NCBI GenBank assembly: GCA_048013815.1
Contig: CM106585.1
Span: forward strand, 11,346,001 to 11,410,000
Reading direction: 5' to 3'
From: Setoptus koraiensis
Lineage: Eukaryota; Animalia; Arthropoda
DNA length: 64,000 nt
A program made the translations under genes and the position numbers. Of the stretch, positions 13,801 to 24,672 are shown one piece after another. The first letter of the stretch is position 1; each line of letters opens with the position of its first letter. Under the pieces are notes generated by a model. The model worked only from the letters and a program-made list of their open reading frames with translations. It was not told the origin of the DNA and ran no database searches.

Positions 13801-16800
13801 CATCGGGTATGCAAATAATTTTGGTAGTGGATTTGATGTATGCCAGCAGAACAAATCACACCAACAACAAAGATCTCTAGAAAGTATAATAATTAGTCAT
13901 ACATTTCGACCACTGATTAATCGTATATCAAAGATCACAAAAGAACTCAAACTTCAAGAAAATACCTCCCTCTACTGTGACATAAGGCGTTTTATTGCCT
14001 CTGTTAGAGATAGTTACGGGGGAACCTTCAGAAACGTTGTTTTGTCTGCTTTAATCGATAGTGCAAAACTGATTAATTCAGGACATGTCCGAGCTCAAAG
14101 GCAACATCTCAAGTATATAATCAATAAGAATAACGTAAAGGCGCAACAGCAGCAAGCTTACATCAATTCAAAGATGAACAATCACGAGTCTGACGATGTC
14201 AACATGAGCGAATCTCCTGTGGCTGGCCAGAGTAATGTGAGCGGTGCACCCTGCAACGATAGCGCCGCAGAGGATGCAACAGAGCCTATGCCCAGCGTCG
14301 AGCAAACTCAAAATGATCCATCTGCAAATAGATACATGCCAGAAGGTTTCCGTATCCAATCCAAGGCTGCCAGGCTCGCCGGTCTTGATGGTTCCTCCGC
14401 CCAGGAACTCTTCATGAGTCCAGATGAATCTAATCAGCGAGCATATTCCGAAAGTAACCAGCATAACAATTTTGGTTCTATGAGGTTTGGTAGCCCAAAG
14501 ACCTCACCTTCTCAAGGAATTCTGTCGTTCTCCAAAGCAAAGAAAAAATTCGAAGATCAATTCAAGCTTGTTTTCGGCAAAACAACCAAACTTAAACCAT
14601 CTGCTGATGATGATTTAGCTGACCATAGTCGCCGAACTTCATTTGCCGATTATGCCAACCAACAATCCGGTGACGACAACTACATGCTTCAAGGAGATTT
14701 CATTGGGCCTGAAACAGCTCTCAATCTGCACGAACAGCAGCTACTATTTGCATCCACTCGAGAGGGTATGACTCGTTTTTCTTTTCTCATGGAATCTTGT
14801 GCACCAGGAAATTTCTTAGATGCACCATTAATGGCAGCTCTACTCGATCTAAAAAGTTCGGTAGCTGTGCGAGCGGCAATTTATTTCGAATGTGCAAATT
14901 TCGTTCATCGTTGCAACAGAGGCCAATGGCCAGCATGGATGAAATTGAATGTTTCGATTCATAGACCTTCCAACAGCGGAACATCTGCAAGCAATGGCGC
15001 AACGAGATTGGGAAAATCAAGCTCGATCCAGAGAAGTGCCCGAACCAACACGCTTATGTATCGGGCCGCGGGTAAAGCTTTCTATGCTTGGGCCGAGGCC
15101 ATTGGAGCGAGACTGGAGGAATTAATAACCACTGAACGCCAGCAAGCAGCGGATTCTTCGCTTGAACGGGCCAATGCACCACAAAAGAGTAGTGTTTCCG
15201 CCGGTGATGATACGAGTCTCCAAGAAAGATTTGGTTCAGAAAATGGTCACCTAAGAAATCAAGAGCTAGAACAAATGAACATAGATGATGAAATGATGGA
15301 TAAATTTAGCACACAAGACAGAGCAGGTTCGGCACATAGTATAAATAACAATGTGGAATCTGAATTCTTGACTCAAGACCCATTAGATTGTGACTTGTTC
15401 CAAGACAATATCTGTGGATCGACTAGTCCATTCTGTTTGAAAGTTGCCGCTTGTCAACTACTCCTCGAAATAACCTCATTTCTAAGGGAGACATACCGAT
15501 ATCTTCCACCTAAGGTGGCGCGTCATGTGTCAGCGAGAGCCGGCGATAAGATGGCTGCAATTTATGATGTATCACGAGCAGTAACAGCCAATAGAAGATG
15601 GAGTATGGCTCTAAGTAGCTTGGGATTCGGTCAGTTACCCGCCAGTTTAAGCGCCATATCTGCAAATACTGGTCGCCAGCCAGGCGCTCACGGGGGTCAG
15701 GCATCCAACGTGAATGATCACCCAGAACGACGCATAAGTTTCATTTTGCATGAAACGAATGATGAAAACGAGCAATCTAGTAGCTCTAATACGGGTACAA
15801 TCCAGCACACCGCTCCTCAAACGTCAACACTGTCAGCAACCGGAGCTGTGATTGATGCCAGTGTAGCTGCAGCTCAAGCGGCAGCATCCGCCGTCGCATC
15901 TCCTCTAGCCGCCGTATCGGAGTCCGATGCAATTAAGAAGCTCGCCACAAAGAGACTCTCACAATCAAGTGCCTCCTCTTCAGGGGTGGCTGCAACAGCA
16001 ACAAGTCTGTTGAGATCAAGTGGCGTCATCGATAGTTCCTCACATAGACGCAAGAGTATCAAACTTAGAAGACCCAATGATCGAGACAGAAAGACAAAAT
16101 TTCGTCCATCCATAGTCCAACAAGATTTTGATGAGGAACCAGAGAGTATGAACGGGCCGGATAGTTTTAATTTGATTCGCCGTGCCGATAGTTTGCGATC
16201 TCGACGGAAGGTTAGTGGTATAAGCGAGAGGAGTGATACAAGTGAAAGGATAGGTGAACTTAGTGGCGATGAATCTACAGGAAATCTCAGTGGGGAGGAA
16301 CAAACACAGGAGAATATTGATCAAGCGGAGGCTGACGAAAGTAAAATCATGTCGAACATGCCTTGGTTCCGGGCCATAGGAATGGTTAATAGCTCTATAG
16401 ACTGTGCTTGCAATCACTACCCTAACTGCAATGCCAATTGTTATAAAGTACAGCAAACAATGTGCAAGAGGCTCGTTTCAGCAATACAATCCGTGTACGA
16501 GGATCCAGATGATGACCAGGGGGCCGCTTATGCAGCTAACCTCTTTGATAGTCAATTTGGTAATTTGATGAATATTGGTGCATGTACAACTGGTGCGAAT
16601 TTACCAGGTTCTGGTGCATGCAATGCAGCGGGACAGAATTTTCCATCCGATACTCCAAATCTCAATCTAGACAATAGGAGTGAAGTCGATGCCGGAGGAA
16701 AAATCAATGACGGCGCTGGAAAGAAGAGGGAGAGAAAGATGAAAAAACTTGTGGGTTCAAACACAATGATCAATTCCAACAGCACGCAGTCCAATCACTT

Positions 16801-19800
16801 ATTGACACAAATCCAATCACCCAGCAAAAGGAGAGTGAGTGCTGTCAGTCATGATCAGCATCATAATATAATGAACTTTGGCCAGCAGGCATATCTTGCT
16901 GCTCAAGGCATTGCAGCAAGTTCCCAACCAACAAACTACAGTTATGACTACGGTGAGACTCCCGTGAATAGCTGCAATGGACCTCAATCTGGTTACATCG
17001 CCGATGCGGTCAAAGCATTCACCATCGCCAAAGCTAAAAAGCATGCAACAGCCAGAAAAGCTCAAGAAGAGGCTCAAATGATCAAATATATACATAATCA
17101 TGTCAAGACTCTACTTCACTGTCCAATGTCGTCGTTCTTGAAGGGTGCTATCATATTACAGCGGCCTCATTTTGTCGACATGATTCAATTTTCTTGGAAT
17201 TTGCTACTTGAGGATGATCAACAATTATCGCGAACAGCAGCAGTTGCCTTTATAATATCGTCGGTGAAATGTCCGGCCGAGGCCTCTAAGATCCTACTCG
17301 AGGAACTAGAGAGCGATGATGCTTCCAGAAAATTGGCTGCAATCAATAAATTCTATGTCATTTGGGACGCTCGTTATCAATGCTGGCAACGCATGGAAGA
17401 GGGTGCATATATACATTTTAAGATGGCTCCACCATCCATAGAGTTCACCCTTCCATCGCCGAAGATTGCTCAAGAGTCGAAGCCGGTTGTGGACCCTCCA
17501 TGGCTGCCGAGGAAGACCAGCAAAGTGGAAGAGGTCACCATAGGCCAAGATCAAACACTTCAAAGGTCTTTCGTAACCGCAACGAAAACAAGAAGAAAAC
17601 AACAGATAGAGCTTGTGTCCAGAGCATTGAAAGAGAAGCATAACAAACTACGCGAAGAGAGAGAAGAGTATCATATTACTTCTGTGCCGGTCAATTATCA
17701 TGCTGCCTTTGAACCGACACTATCACATTCAACCAACGAAGAAATGGAGGGAGGTGGTGTCGATGACGATCCACAGTCCGAAAATAGAACATTGCATCAC
17801 ATGAAGATGGCTCACGCTCTGTTTCCGTCTTGCTTATGTCAAGGGGCAGTGGTGATGATAAACCTTTTGGAAGATTCCAGGGTAACGTACGAAGGTAGTG
17901 CAGTCTATGAAGTTGCGAGCAAGGTGATATGGTATTGTCTTGTAGAGGATTCATCTTTGTTTTTGCGACATTTCTTTGAGAGACTCACCCGTCAAAATCA
18001 GAATACCATATTCCAAGTTCTTAGGCGATTAATTCGATTTATGCCACGTTTGCCTCCACAAGCGGCTTATACATTATACAACTACCTCATTGGCTTCATA
18101 ATATTCTACATCCGATGTCCGATGGAAAACAGCCAGAAGTTGATCTCTGACACATTATCTGTACTATGCTTAGTGGTGCCTAGTGTCTATGGTTTGTTCT
18201 TGAAAGATCTCAAACAGATATTAAGGAAAGAGCAGTGCGACCATAATCTTCTGATAACAGCTAATGTGCCCAGTGCAAAGAAAATAATCATTCATGGGTC
18301 TGATTCGAGCGGCATACCATCTCAGTTTCCCATTGATGAGGCGACACAATTCTACCATATTCTAACCGACTCATTGGAATTTTTCGGTATAGAGAAATCT
18401 AAGCAAAATGAATATTTTCTGGTGGATGCAAGAACGAATCAAATGCATAATCTGCATTCATTCGTTCGAGATTATTACTCATTTAAAAGATCCCAGCATC
18501 CACAATTGCAGCTGGTCAACATGGAGCCTACCAAAGCATTCGAAATATTACAAAAACAAGCGTTGACCAACCAGTTTTTGGAATTTGGGAAAGTTTTGAT
18601 GAGTCTTTCAATCGTCAAATCTCCATATTTGGCAGTCCAACGAGTCCTTTTTCTTCACGAGGAGCTCATGAAGCTACCCACTTTTCCAAGGAAAGCGTTA
18701 GATACAAATTTTCATTTATTCAGAGGACCCCTAGGTCATCAAGTTCTAAGTATGGATAGATTGCATAAAATTTGTTGGGTGCGTTTGGTAGCTCGAATGT
18801 TCGAATTAACGTCCAATTTCTTCTTACAACTCAGCGACCTTCATCTATTTTTGAACGTTGTGAGCGGAGTTTTCGTTCTGCATTGCGAAGAAGCGTCCGT
18901 AACAAGATTATGCCTTGCAACGTTCATCGATGCAGCTTACCAGTTCAAGAATATTTTCGCAACTGAAGGATTTATGCCAATAATGCCGACTATTGTGAGA
19001 ATATATTCAAATCACCAAAATAATGAACTCCTGTGTCGCAGCATAGAATTCGTTTGCAAGCAATTTTACATTATGCATAGAAAACCGTTTTTATTACAAT
19101 TATTTGGAAGCGTTGCACCTCTTTTGAATACTGAATCTATGAAAGGCAGCAATCAAAGCCATGATCCTCACCGAGTGTCCGCAACAGCCTTCTTCAAGTT
19201 GCTCAAGTCGCTAGAGGAGGGTTTCAAAGATCGGCTGGATATTCTGGAGTTAGTAGACGCAGAAAAACCTTTGAAAGCAATCGATTTTTGTTATCAGCAA
19301 GATAAAGAAGCTATCGAGATTCTCGACATCATATCATTGTGTGTGACAGTGACGGCTTATGCTTCCGATTCGCCTAGGTCGACACAGATGCTGATTATTT
19401 TGGAGGCCATAATACCCTTGTACATGAAACATCTGCAAGCGAGCTCATCAAAAAAGTCCGGAAGGCAGGGTCACAAAGATGAACTCCACAAGATACAGAG
19501 TATTTCTATCTGCATCAGAACATTGATTGTCAACTGTGAAGGACTTACTCGAACATTCAGTGGACCGCAAAAGTCGATTGATTTAAGGGGCTCTAGCATA
19601 AGAAGAGGCCAGCAATCTAAGATGAATGCGAATTCACCCCAAATGGATGCGAATGATGATGCTCAAACAGGTCCATCAAAATCAGGTAGACATGCTAGAC
19701 GACTTAGCAGCGACGAAGGCGTTATAACCAGAGCCGAGTTCATCATACCACGAGACACATTGCTGAATTTGGTAGCTGAATTTCTAACGATGAGCACTGC

Positions 19801-22393
19801 GCGCCTGATTGAATCAGCAAAAAAGTATGTCGATCTCCACCAGAAACATTCATCGTATGAGCTACTTGATGTCAAATCTCACTTACGTCTAGCAGAGATA
19901 GCAAACAGTTTATTGAAACTAGCATCAAATGATCCATCAGTAATGGCTTGCAAAGGACTCACAAGGTACATTAATGAAGTGTTGCCAAACTCTGAATGGC
20001 GCCAGGAAGCTATAAGGCCTGCCCTCATAATGATTCTAAAACGCTTGGATAAAACATTCAATAGAATTGCAAAAAAGAATTGGGTCAAACGCTCTACCGA
20101 CTGGGAGGCAGCAAAGCAACTTCTGAAAGGTGCCTATCTAACATTCATTAAGCATCCATATATAGTTCATCTGCCTCACTTGAAGTCGCTGATTGGTTGT
20201 TGTCAGAACATCATATTGAACGATGGAATACCACAGGGACAATCTTCAACTGGATTGTTGCATTTGCCGGGCGTTGGCAGCGGTATCTCCAATCAGTTAT
20301 CAGTCGGACCTCATGTCATTGCGCCCTCATTAAGTGCGTCTGGGGCCACTGCCGGTGCTCTATTAAGCGCACCACCTACGTCTTTCTCTGTTTACAACAG
20401 TATGACCAACAGTTCAATCATAACGTCGCCAGGATTTGGACTAGTTACAGTTCGTCTTATTGCAATGCAACTTCTTCAAACCGGAGATAGTCAAACACTG
20501 GAAAGCTTCATTGGCACTAATATGAATACTCCAGACAAACTCGAATCACTCATGCTAAATATGATTTATCCGATGTGTATCAGGGTTTGTAGTGGTGCTA
20601 AAGAGGCTCCGAAACTGCGTCAATGTGACATAATGTACATACTCAATGTTGTTTTAAATCTATTAGCGCCTAATTCTGCATCAAGCAAAACTTCGTCTGC
20701 AGCAGCGACATCGCCCAAGTCAACAACAGACACATCGCAGTTCATTCTATCGAAAATAACTACAACTATTGGAAATACTAATACTGGGGCCACACTTGGA
20801 ATAGTGGGTGCTGGAAATGTTTCAGGCAATGTACAAGTATATCATCATCACGAAGGACTAAAAATAGGTTTCTTAGGATTGAAGATATTGTGTGTCTGTT
20901 TCGAGTCTCAGTTAGCCACAGAATGGGTAAGAATCTCACGTTGCATAAGAGATTTAGCCATGCAAAAGGGTCAACCGTGCGGACCGTTGTGGGACTTCTT
21001 AGATTTTGTCGTCACATATCGCTTTCCATTATTCGTACTTTTGCTACCGCTGATAAGGTGCCAGTTATCGCAAAAAGTGAAAAATGAGGCAACCAATGGA
21101 AACACAACTCATCAACTCAATAGTCAATTGATAGACGCTAAAATACAAGGCTGCACTCCGACTGTGTGCCGAAGCAAGTCCTTCTTGTTTGTGTCTCTAA
21201 CTGCAGAGCTGAGAATGCTCAAAGAGCACCTTATCAATCGACGTAGGGCTCTAACTGAAGGAGAACGATTTACAGTTAATGTGGGCCCAGCAGAATTGAG
21301 CTCACAACAGACATCTGCAGATCATTTCCATGCCTATCACAGACTGAGTGCTGCAATTGCATCACTTGCTAATCAGTCTCAAGGGAAGCAATCATCTGGT
21401 AGTGGAGCAAATCTAGAATCGGGACCAAGTAGCTCAGGAATCAAAACACCTGGACTTCCGAACAAGCTATGTCCAACTGACAATTCGCCGCCAATTGGAG
21501 GCGATAATTCATCCGTGACAGGCAGTTTAACAGGGGGACTGCTTAGAGTAGATAGTGTATGCCGACCACAACAACCCCGAAGCTCGGTGAGACTGTCATC
21601 AGCACAAAGTCGAGAGGAGGCACGCAGGGTCATTAATACCCTTTTGAGGCGCACCAGTTATCCTCACAACCACGTATGTTCAGTTGATACGAGCCAAGAG
21701 TCAAGCTCACCTAAGAGCCCAACGAGCAAAGGAACTTCAAAGAAACAAGATTCGCCACCTGAGATTTCAAACAACCACAATGGCACTGCCCAACGCGCGC
21801 CACCCGTCATTATAGATCCCACCCTGCTGATGGCCTCGTTTCCAATGCACCAGAAACACAACCCAGAGCCAAAGTTGCTAGAAAGGCTCATTCAAACGAT
21901 CGACAAAACAAATAGTGAGCAACAATCTATGAACCAAATGAAAAAATCTGCCTCCACTGTTGCCGGTGAGCTACCGTCAGCAAGCAGAGCAAGCCACCTC
22001 CATTCTGATTTTATTCCAGCTTCAAAAAGTGACTTTAGCGTCACAATAGAGGGTGACACAAGCCATAGCATGAAATTCAAGTCACCCGTGTCTAGCCATT
22101 CTTCAAGCACGATAGGTAGCGTAGCGAGAGGGCGTAGAATATCAGCCTCCATATCCCCGGCAAGTTTAGTACATTGCAGCAGTGACGGAAAGCATGCTCA
22201 TATCTATAAAGTGGGCCAAGGTATGGATTTTGAAACTTCTATGCAGAACGTGACGGGTTCCTTGCAAGACCCAACGCACACAATAAAACATCATCATGGC
22301 GTTATATCTAGGACAAAATTACCAGAGCAGCAATCAAATAAATCAATAGAAAAAGATACGGATGAGAAACCCAAGAATTGGATTCAATCATAG
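10874..22393 (+). CDS. unc-80: UNC-80 (NALCN channel complex subunit), 3839 aa, apparently intronless
   Basis: The N-terminus matches UNC80 motifs (PLPLQIFLWRQ, ETKLLYTLHWII). Further conserved blocks include YLDIAVLKCLF, ANFVHRCNRGQWPAWMK, RYQCWQRMEEGA..FKMAPP and RHFFERLTR. One uninterrupted 11,520 nt ORF. Confidence 0.95.
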   Translation: MTKRRKMFDEQNEDNDYVPLPLQIFLWRQANPFVKYLGKARGTAVLEQQEACKSYEKVIVQNILFGQSPSLTDAIKSIDRWRLIKISFPFVLQCCSALLCNRRNVNFDKLGSCETKLLYTLHWIIMDAAEECADSEGDSANASAVAAGVGVQSIADAVAAVTAASNANKRRLNQVATKATKGTTTPGCKPKQADSYLLPISSLATFIHYFAPIIDDLKRSNFLSSFRLENGAKIWEPLFAHQHPDIPCFTAQVRPKGELPKVRLIHDQLLTQQQQQNKQLGHNHVFGDVFLGVSASSREKCDYQRDINIESGSPLTRKASGRDKTLATYLDIAVLKCLFNSMWQEQGVDWALKFIINRLLDLQENFNQPMISRPRSKSLPNLFYTQDEDVKDETQSEQIDSQSASLDQRQNDDKPLDITYNDASEPSNELLSTSSYLNVTQTQDVSNNNNELAASGQDLLQTPKNSRRLSFSSGINTLANQIRKTSKRMKKSNEIMQNQNNSDIKTDRATLVSGRQRFLLGSFTSDDFNNKRIKKRDELKESLVNDKPYARRRSSSIDDLSSGQVIIPSEDIDHHNVRLVKSTEEQVSVVLKSSDAPNRITHPKITVTKQKFQDSIKKSSDPLNDMREDFLNDLPYVDDNDENSDLPYELKVSHMTRSQTVPRNISYFNMPIAESPGASNYVNQMGQLDLNVILKALHSISMRESICSIQVCDDLLTILVKLNNLDILKDHNHSNNQQQSSTVRDKDEKGNPRNILRCRNSTCEQSADKSPARASSLCNHNLFTDILLRLSRHMGCANDCSTETLASMTDNNKDHQKVQNLRVRLHSLLKHISRHNKIEFIEFMQDFVCNRPLQEVIDTYHSIFSFCREQHCVPQSMNLPVPATVHFLPTSASNAGLISQLAQQGLNSTVSSTSIAASATSGSSTAHGVKHQQTYQARDSGSIGSPRSDASSILGPTGQTDKVGQQSGANKQFGGYIGYANNFGSGFDVCQQNKSHQQQRSLESIIISHTFRPLINRISKITKELKLQENTSLYCDIRRFIASVRDSYGGTFRNVVLSALIDSAKLINSGHVRAQRQHLKYIINKNNVKAQQQQAYINSKMNNHESDDVNMSESPVAGQSNVSGAPCNDSAAEDATEPMPSVEQTQNDPSANRYMPEGFRIQSKAARLAGLDGSSAQELFMSPDESNQRAYSESNQHNNFGSMRFGSPKTSPSQGILSFSKAKKKFEDQFKLVFGKTTKLKPSADDDLADHSRRTSFADYANQQSGDDNYMLQGDFIGPETALNLHEQQLLFASTREGMTRFSFLMESCAPGNFLDAPLMAALLDLKSSVAVRAAIYFECANFVHRCNRGQWPAWMKLNVSIHRPSNSGTSASNGATRLGKSSSIQRSARTNTLMYRAAGKAFYAWAEAIGARLEELITTERQQAADSSLERANAPQKSSVSAGDDTSLQERFGSENGHLRNQELEQMNIDDEMMDKFSTQDRAGSAHSINNNVESEFLTQDPLDCDLFQDNICGSTSPFCLKVAACQLLLEITSFLRETYRYLPPKVARHVSARAGDKMAAIYDVSRAVTANRRWSMALSSLGFGQLPASLSAISANTGRQPGAHGGQASNVNDHPERRISFILHETNDENEQSSSSNTGTIQHTAPQTSTLSATGAVIDASVAAAQAAASAVASPLAAVSESDAIKKLATKRLSQSSASSSGVAATATSLLRSSGVIDSSSHRRKSIKLRRPNDRDRKTKFRPSIVQQDFDEEPESMNGPDSFNLIRRADSLRSRRKVSGISERSDTSERIGELSGDESTGNLSGEEQTQENIDQAEADESKIMSNMPWFRAIGMVNSSIDCACNHYPNCNANCYKVQQTMCKRLVSAIQSVYEDPDDDQGAAYAANLFDSQFGNLMNIGACTTGANLPGSGACNAAGQNFPSDTPNLNLDNRSEVDAGGKINDGAGKKRERKMKKLVGSNTMINSNSTQSNHLLTQIQSPSKRRVSAVSHDQHHNIMNFGQQAYLAAQGIAASSQPTNYSYDYGETPVNSCNGPQSGYIADAVKAFTIAKAKKHATARKAQEEAQMIKYIHNHVKTLLHCPMSSFLKGAIILQRPHFVDMIQFSWNLLLEDDQQLSRTAAVAFIISSVKCPAEASKILLEELESDDASRKLAAINKFYVIWDARYQCWQRMEEGAYIHFKMAPPSIEFTLPSPKIAQESKPVVDPPWLPRKTSKVEEVTIGQDQTLQRSFVTATKTRRKQQIELVSRALKEKHNKLREEREEYHITSVPVNYHAAFEPTLSHSTNEEMEGGGVDDDPQSENRTLHHMKMAHALFPSCLCQGAVVMINLLEDSRVTYEGSAVYEVASKVIWYCLVEDSSLFLRHFFERLTRQNQNTIFQVLRRLIRFMPRLPPQAAYTLYNYLIGFIIFYIRCPMENSQKLISDTLSVLCLVVPSVYGLFLKDLKQILRKEQCDHNLLITANVPSAKKIIIHGSDSSGIPSQFPIDEATQFYHILTDSLEFFGIEKSKQNEYFLVDARTNQMHNLHSFVRDYYSFKRSQHPQLQLVNMEPTKAFEILQKQALTNQFLEFGKVLMSLSIVKSPYLAVQRVLFLHEELMKLPTFPRKALDTNFHLFRGPLGHQVLSMDRLHKICWVRLVARMFELTSNFFLQLSDLHLFLNVVSGVFVLHCEEASVTRLCLATFIDAAYQFKNIFATEGFMPIMPTIVRIYSNHQNNELLCRSIEFVCKQFYIMHRKPFLLQLFGSVAPLLNTESMKGSNQSHDPHRVSATAFFKLLKSLEEGFKDRLDILELVDAEKPLKAIDFCYQQDKEAIEILDIISLCVTVTAYASDSPRSTQMLIILEAIIPLYMKHLQASSSKKSGRQGHKDELHKIQSISICIRTLIVNCEGLTRTFSGPQKSIDLRGSSIRRGQQSKMNANSPQMDANDDAQTGPSKSGRHARRLSSDEGVITRAEFIIPRDTLLNLVAEFLTMSTARLIESAKKYVDLHQKHSSYELLDVKSHLRLAEIANSLLKLASNDPSVMACKGLTRYINEVLPNSEWRQEAIRPALIMILKRLDKTFNRIAKKNWVKRSTDWEAAKQLLKGAYLTFIKHPYIVHLPHLKSLIGCCQNIILNDGIPQGQSSTGLLHLPGVGSGISNQLSVGPHVIAPSLSASGATAGALLSAPPTSFSVYNSMTNSSIITSPGFGLVTVRLIAMQLLQTGDSQTLESFIGTNMNTPDKLESLMLNMIYPMCIRVCSGAKEAPKLRQCDIMYILNVVLNLLAPNSASSKTSSAAATSPKSTTDTSQFILSKITTTIGNTNTGATLGIVGAGNVSGNVQVYHHHEGLKIGFLGLKILCVCFESQLATEWVRISRCIRDLAMQKGQPCGPLWDFLDFVVTYRFPLFVLLLPLIRCQLSQKVKNEATNGNTTHQLNSQLIDAKIQGCTPTVCRSKSFLFVSLTAELRMLKEHLINRRRALTEGERFTVNVGPAELSSQQTSADHFHAYHRLSAAIASLANQSQGKQSSGSGANLESGPSSSGIKTPGLPNKLCPTDNSPPIGGDNSSVTGSLTGGLLRVDSVCRPQQPRSSVRLSSAQSREEARRVINTLLRRTSYPHNHVCSVDTSQESSSPKSPTSKGTSKKQDSPPEISNNHNGTAQRAPPVIIDPTLLMASFPMHQKHNPEPKLLERLIQTIDKTNSEQQSMNQMKKSASTVAGELPSASRASHLHSDFIPASKSDFSVTIEGDTSHSMKFKSPVSSHSSSTIGSVARGRRISASISPASLVHCSSDGKHAHIYKVGQGMDFETSMQNVTGSLQDPTHTIKHHHGVISRTKLPEQQSNKSIEKDTDEKPKNWIQS

Positions 22394-22878
22394 ACTTCTT
22401 GAGACCAATACATGAAAGCATTTTCAACCTACCAATTTATTGTACAATTGATATTACTATTGTAAGCTTGTTGATTATTATTGATGCAGATTTACATATT
22501 ATATTAATAAAAAGAAAAGAATTCGCGATAGACACGAGAAGCGCTTCGAAAGGCACGACACCAAGTGAAAAATGTTCCAACAACCACTCCGTTTCTTTTT
22601 TATCTACTCAACGATTGCACAATCCAACATACACATATTGTTGAAGCGCTAATTGCGCCTCTATTATCAGCTTGAGAGTTTGAGTTCGCCGAATGAAACA
22701 GGTTCATACAGTATCTAGTTAACAGTAGTTTTATTTGTCACGACTTGAGAAAAATTGATGACCATAACAACGGAATTGCACTGACTACATATATTTTGTT
22801 ACATACATAATTATGCCCACGTGTAATTGCCTCGAAATATATCTACATCTAGTGGCTTGAATTCTTGAATTGATTCAT

Positions 22879-23919
22879 CTACGTTCTTGAATTAACGAAT
22901 TCGAGTATAGATTCACCGACACCAAGATAATAAACAGTTTGCGCTATGCCAAACAGGGGCGCAATGTACATCACTCTACAAGCGGCACCCTTAAAAAAAG
23001 CAGAGGGTGTCTCTTTTTTGTATATTTTCCTAAATGCATCGCCCATACCGGTATACGATTCCTCTAAGCTATTGTTCAAAAGTTGCAATCTAGTTTTGAC
23101 GACATCGATTGGATTTACGGCGATAGCAGCAATGGATCCTGCAGCGCAGCCAGCCAAAAAACTGGCCCAGAATACTGACGTCTTTTCACCATCTTTGCGT
23201 TTTGGTCCTAGTGAATTGAGGTGGGCAAAAAGAGGAAAATAAATAATCGAGAATGAGACGTCTCTGAACATTGTGGCGCTCGCTCCTTTATAAAGACCAG
23301 CTATTCCTTTAGTTTTAATTAGATTCAATGCCAATCTAGTTGACGATGTAGGCTTTACGACTGTTGTATTCGATCCCACGTTTGGATGTGTCTTAGTATC
23401 CGATAATCGTCCGGCATCCTGAGATTGAATTTTAAGTAGTTCCATGGGCGTTGTGACAATAATCTGACACATTCCGGCCAATCCACCCGCAAGCATCTCT
23501 TTAGGTAGGGTAATTTTTTTTGTTGGACCCATGTCGGTTAATTTGTGCCTAAATAAATCATTGCAGGTTAATTTGATGGCTTTCTCCGGTGTAATCAATA
23601 ACAGATTGACTGCTGAACCTCTGTACATACCGAAATAGCCCTCACTTTTAATCACCTTTCTGAGACAATCAAACATTGACTTGTAGGCAAGCTCTCCATT
23701 TGGGCCAACTCTCTGATTCTGTAATCTTGTCTTAGCCAGATCAATAGGAAATACGCTGGCCACTCCGACAACACCCGCTATACCACCATTAATTATTTTG
23801 GCATATAAAGGAAATTTAGAGCCTGGAGTAATATTATTATTTTTGCTATTAGTTAACATTGTGCTTTGTCGAATTTGTTTTTTGTCTTCAGATTGGTCCT
23901 CATGTTCTGCGTTACTCAT
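22879..23919 (-). CDS. SLC25A22: Mitochondrial glutamate carrier (SLC25A22/GC1-like), intronless
   Basis: Three PX[DE]XX[KR] carrier motifs (PIDLAK, PMELLK, PIDVVK) plus [20 protein letters not shown] and [13 protein letters not shown], typical of GC1. Confidence 0.92.
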   Translation of the reverse strand: MSNAEHEDQSEDKKQIRQSTMLTNSKNNNITPGSKFPLYAKIINGGIAGVVGVASVFPIDLAKTRLQNQRVGPNGELAYKSMFDCLRKVIKSEGYFGMYRGSAVNLLLITPEKAIKLTCNDLFRHKLTDMGPTKKITLPKEMLAGGLAGMCQIIVTTPMELLKIQSQDAGRLSDTKTHPNVGSNTTVVKPTSSTRLALNLIKTKGIAGLYKGASATMFRDVSFSIIYFPLFAHLNSLGPKRKDGEKTSVFWASFLAGCAAGSIAAIAVNPIDVVKTRLQLLNNSLEESYTGMGDAFRKIYKKETPSAFFKGAACRVMYIAPLFGIAQTVYYLGVGESILEFVNSRT

Positions 23920-24672
23920 GTTAAATGAATGAGTAGATAATCAGTGCTATGGCTTGAAATTGTTAATAATAAGAATCCTAGGTAGCTATCAATACATTGA
24001 ATGCTTTCTCATACGTTTTTCCTATCTGGATAGATAACAACTCTCTGGTGGAGCTTTTGTTTAATAATGAAATTGTTTGCGTTTCCCGATGATATCAGGG
24101 TGTCAAATTTGTGTGTGATAGAGGATGAGAATCATAGATGCGAATAATGGGTCTCATCATCTAACGTATGTAATGAGGAATAACACTTACAAGTTACTGT
24201 AAGAATTTGTAATTGATTTCATGTCCTTGAAATTAGGTCTTTGAACAGAGAGAGAGGCGAAATCCTTTTTATCCTCTGATCCTTCTGAGGGGTAGAACGA
24301 GTGAACTAGTGACACTAACTTGTTACTCTAGGCATTGGTGACGTTCAATGTACGTAATTGTTGTTGTTCCCATGGTAAATATATAAATATTAGGAACAAC
24401 AATGAGTGACATTTTGGATGTCTACACTTTTACACTGTATTGCGCGCTGCCTAATCAGCTGAGGGAATATGGACCTATATGTCATGTGTGTTGCGTGCTT
24501 GTCCTATTCACAATGGCTCATGTTGTGTTTGTATGGTCGCCCTCTAGCTCGGCAAAACAAAATATATTATTATTATGCCAACATATACGTTATTAGCTCA
24601 CTTTAATTGCACAATCCCCTAACATAGTACACATTACATCATTTAATATAATCATTGTCATGCAATTCAGTC

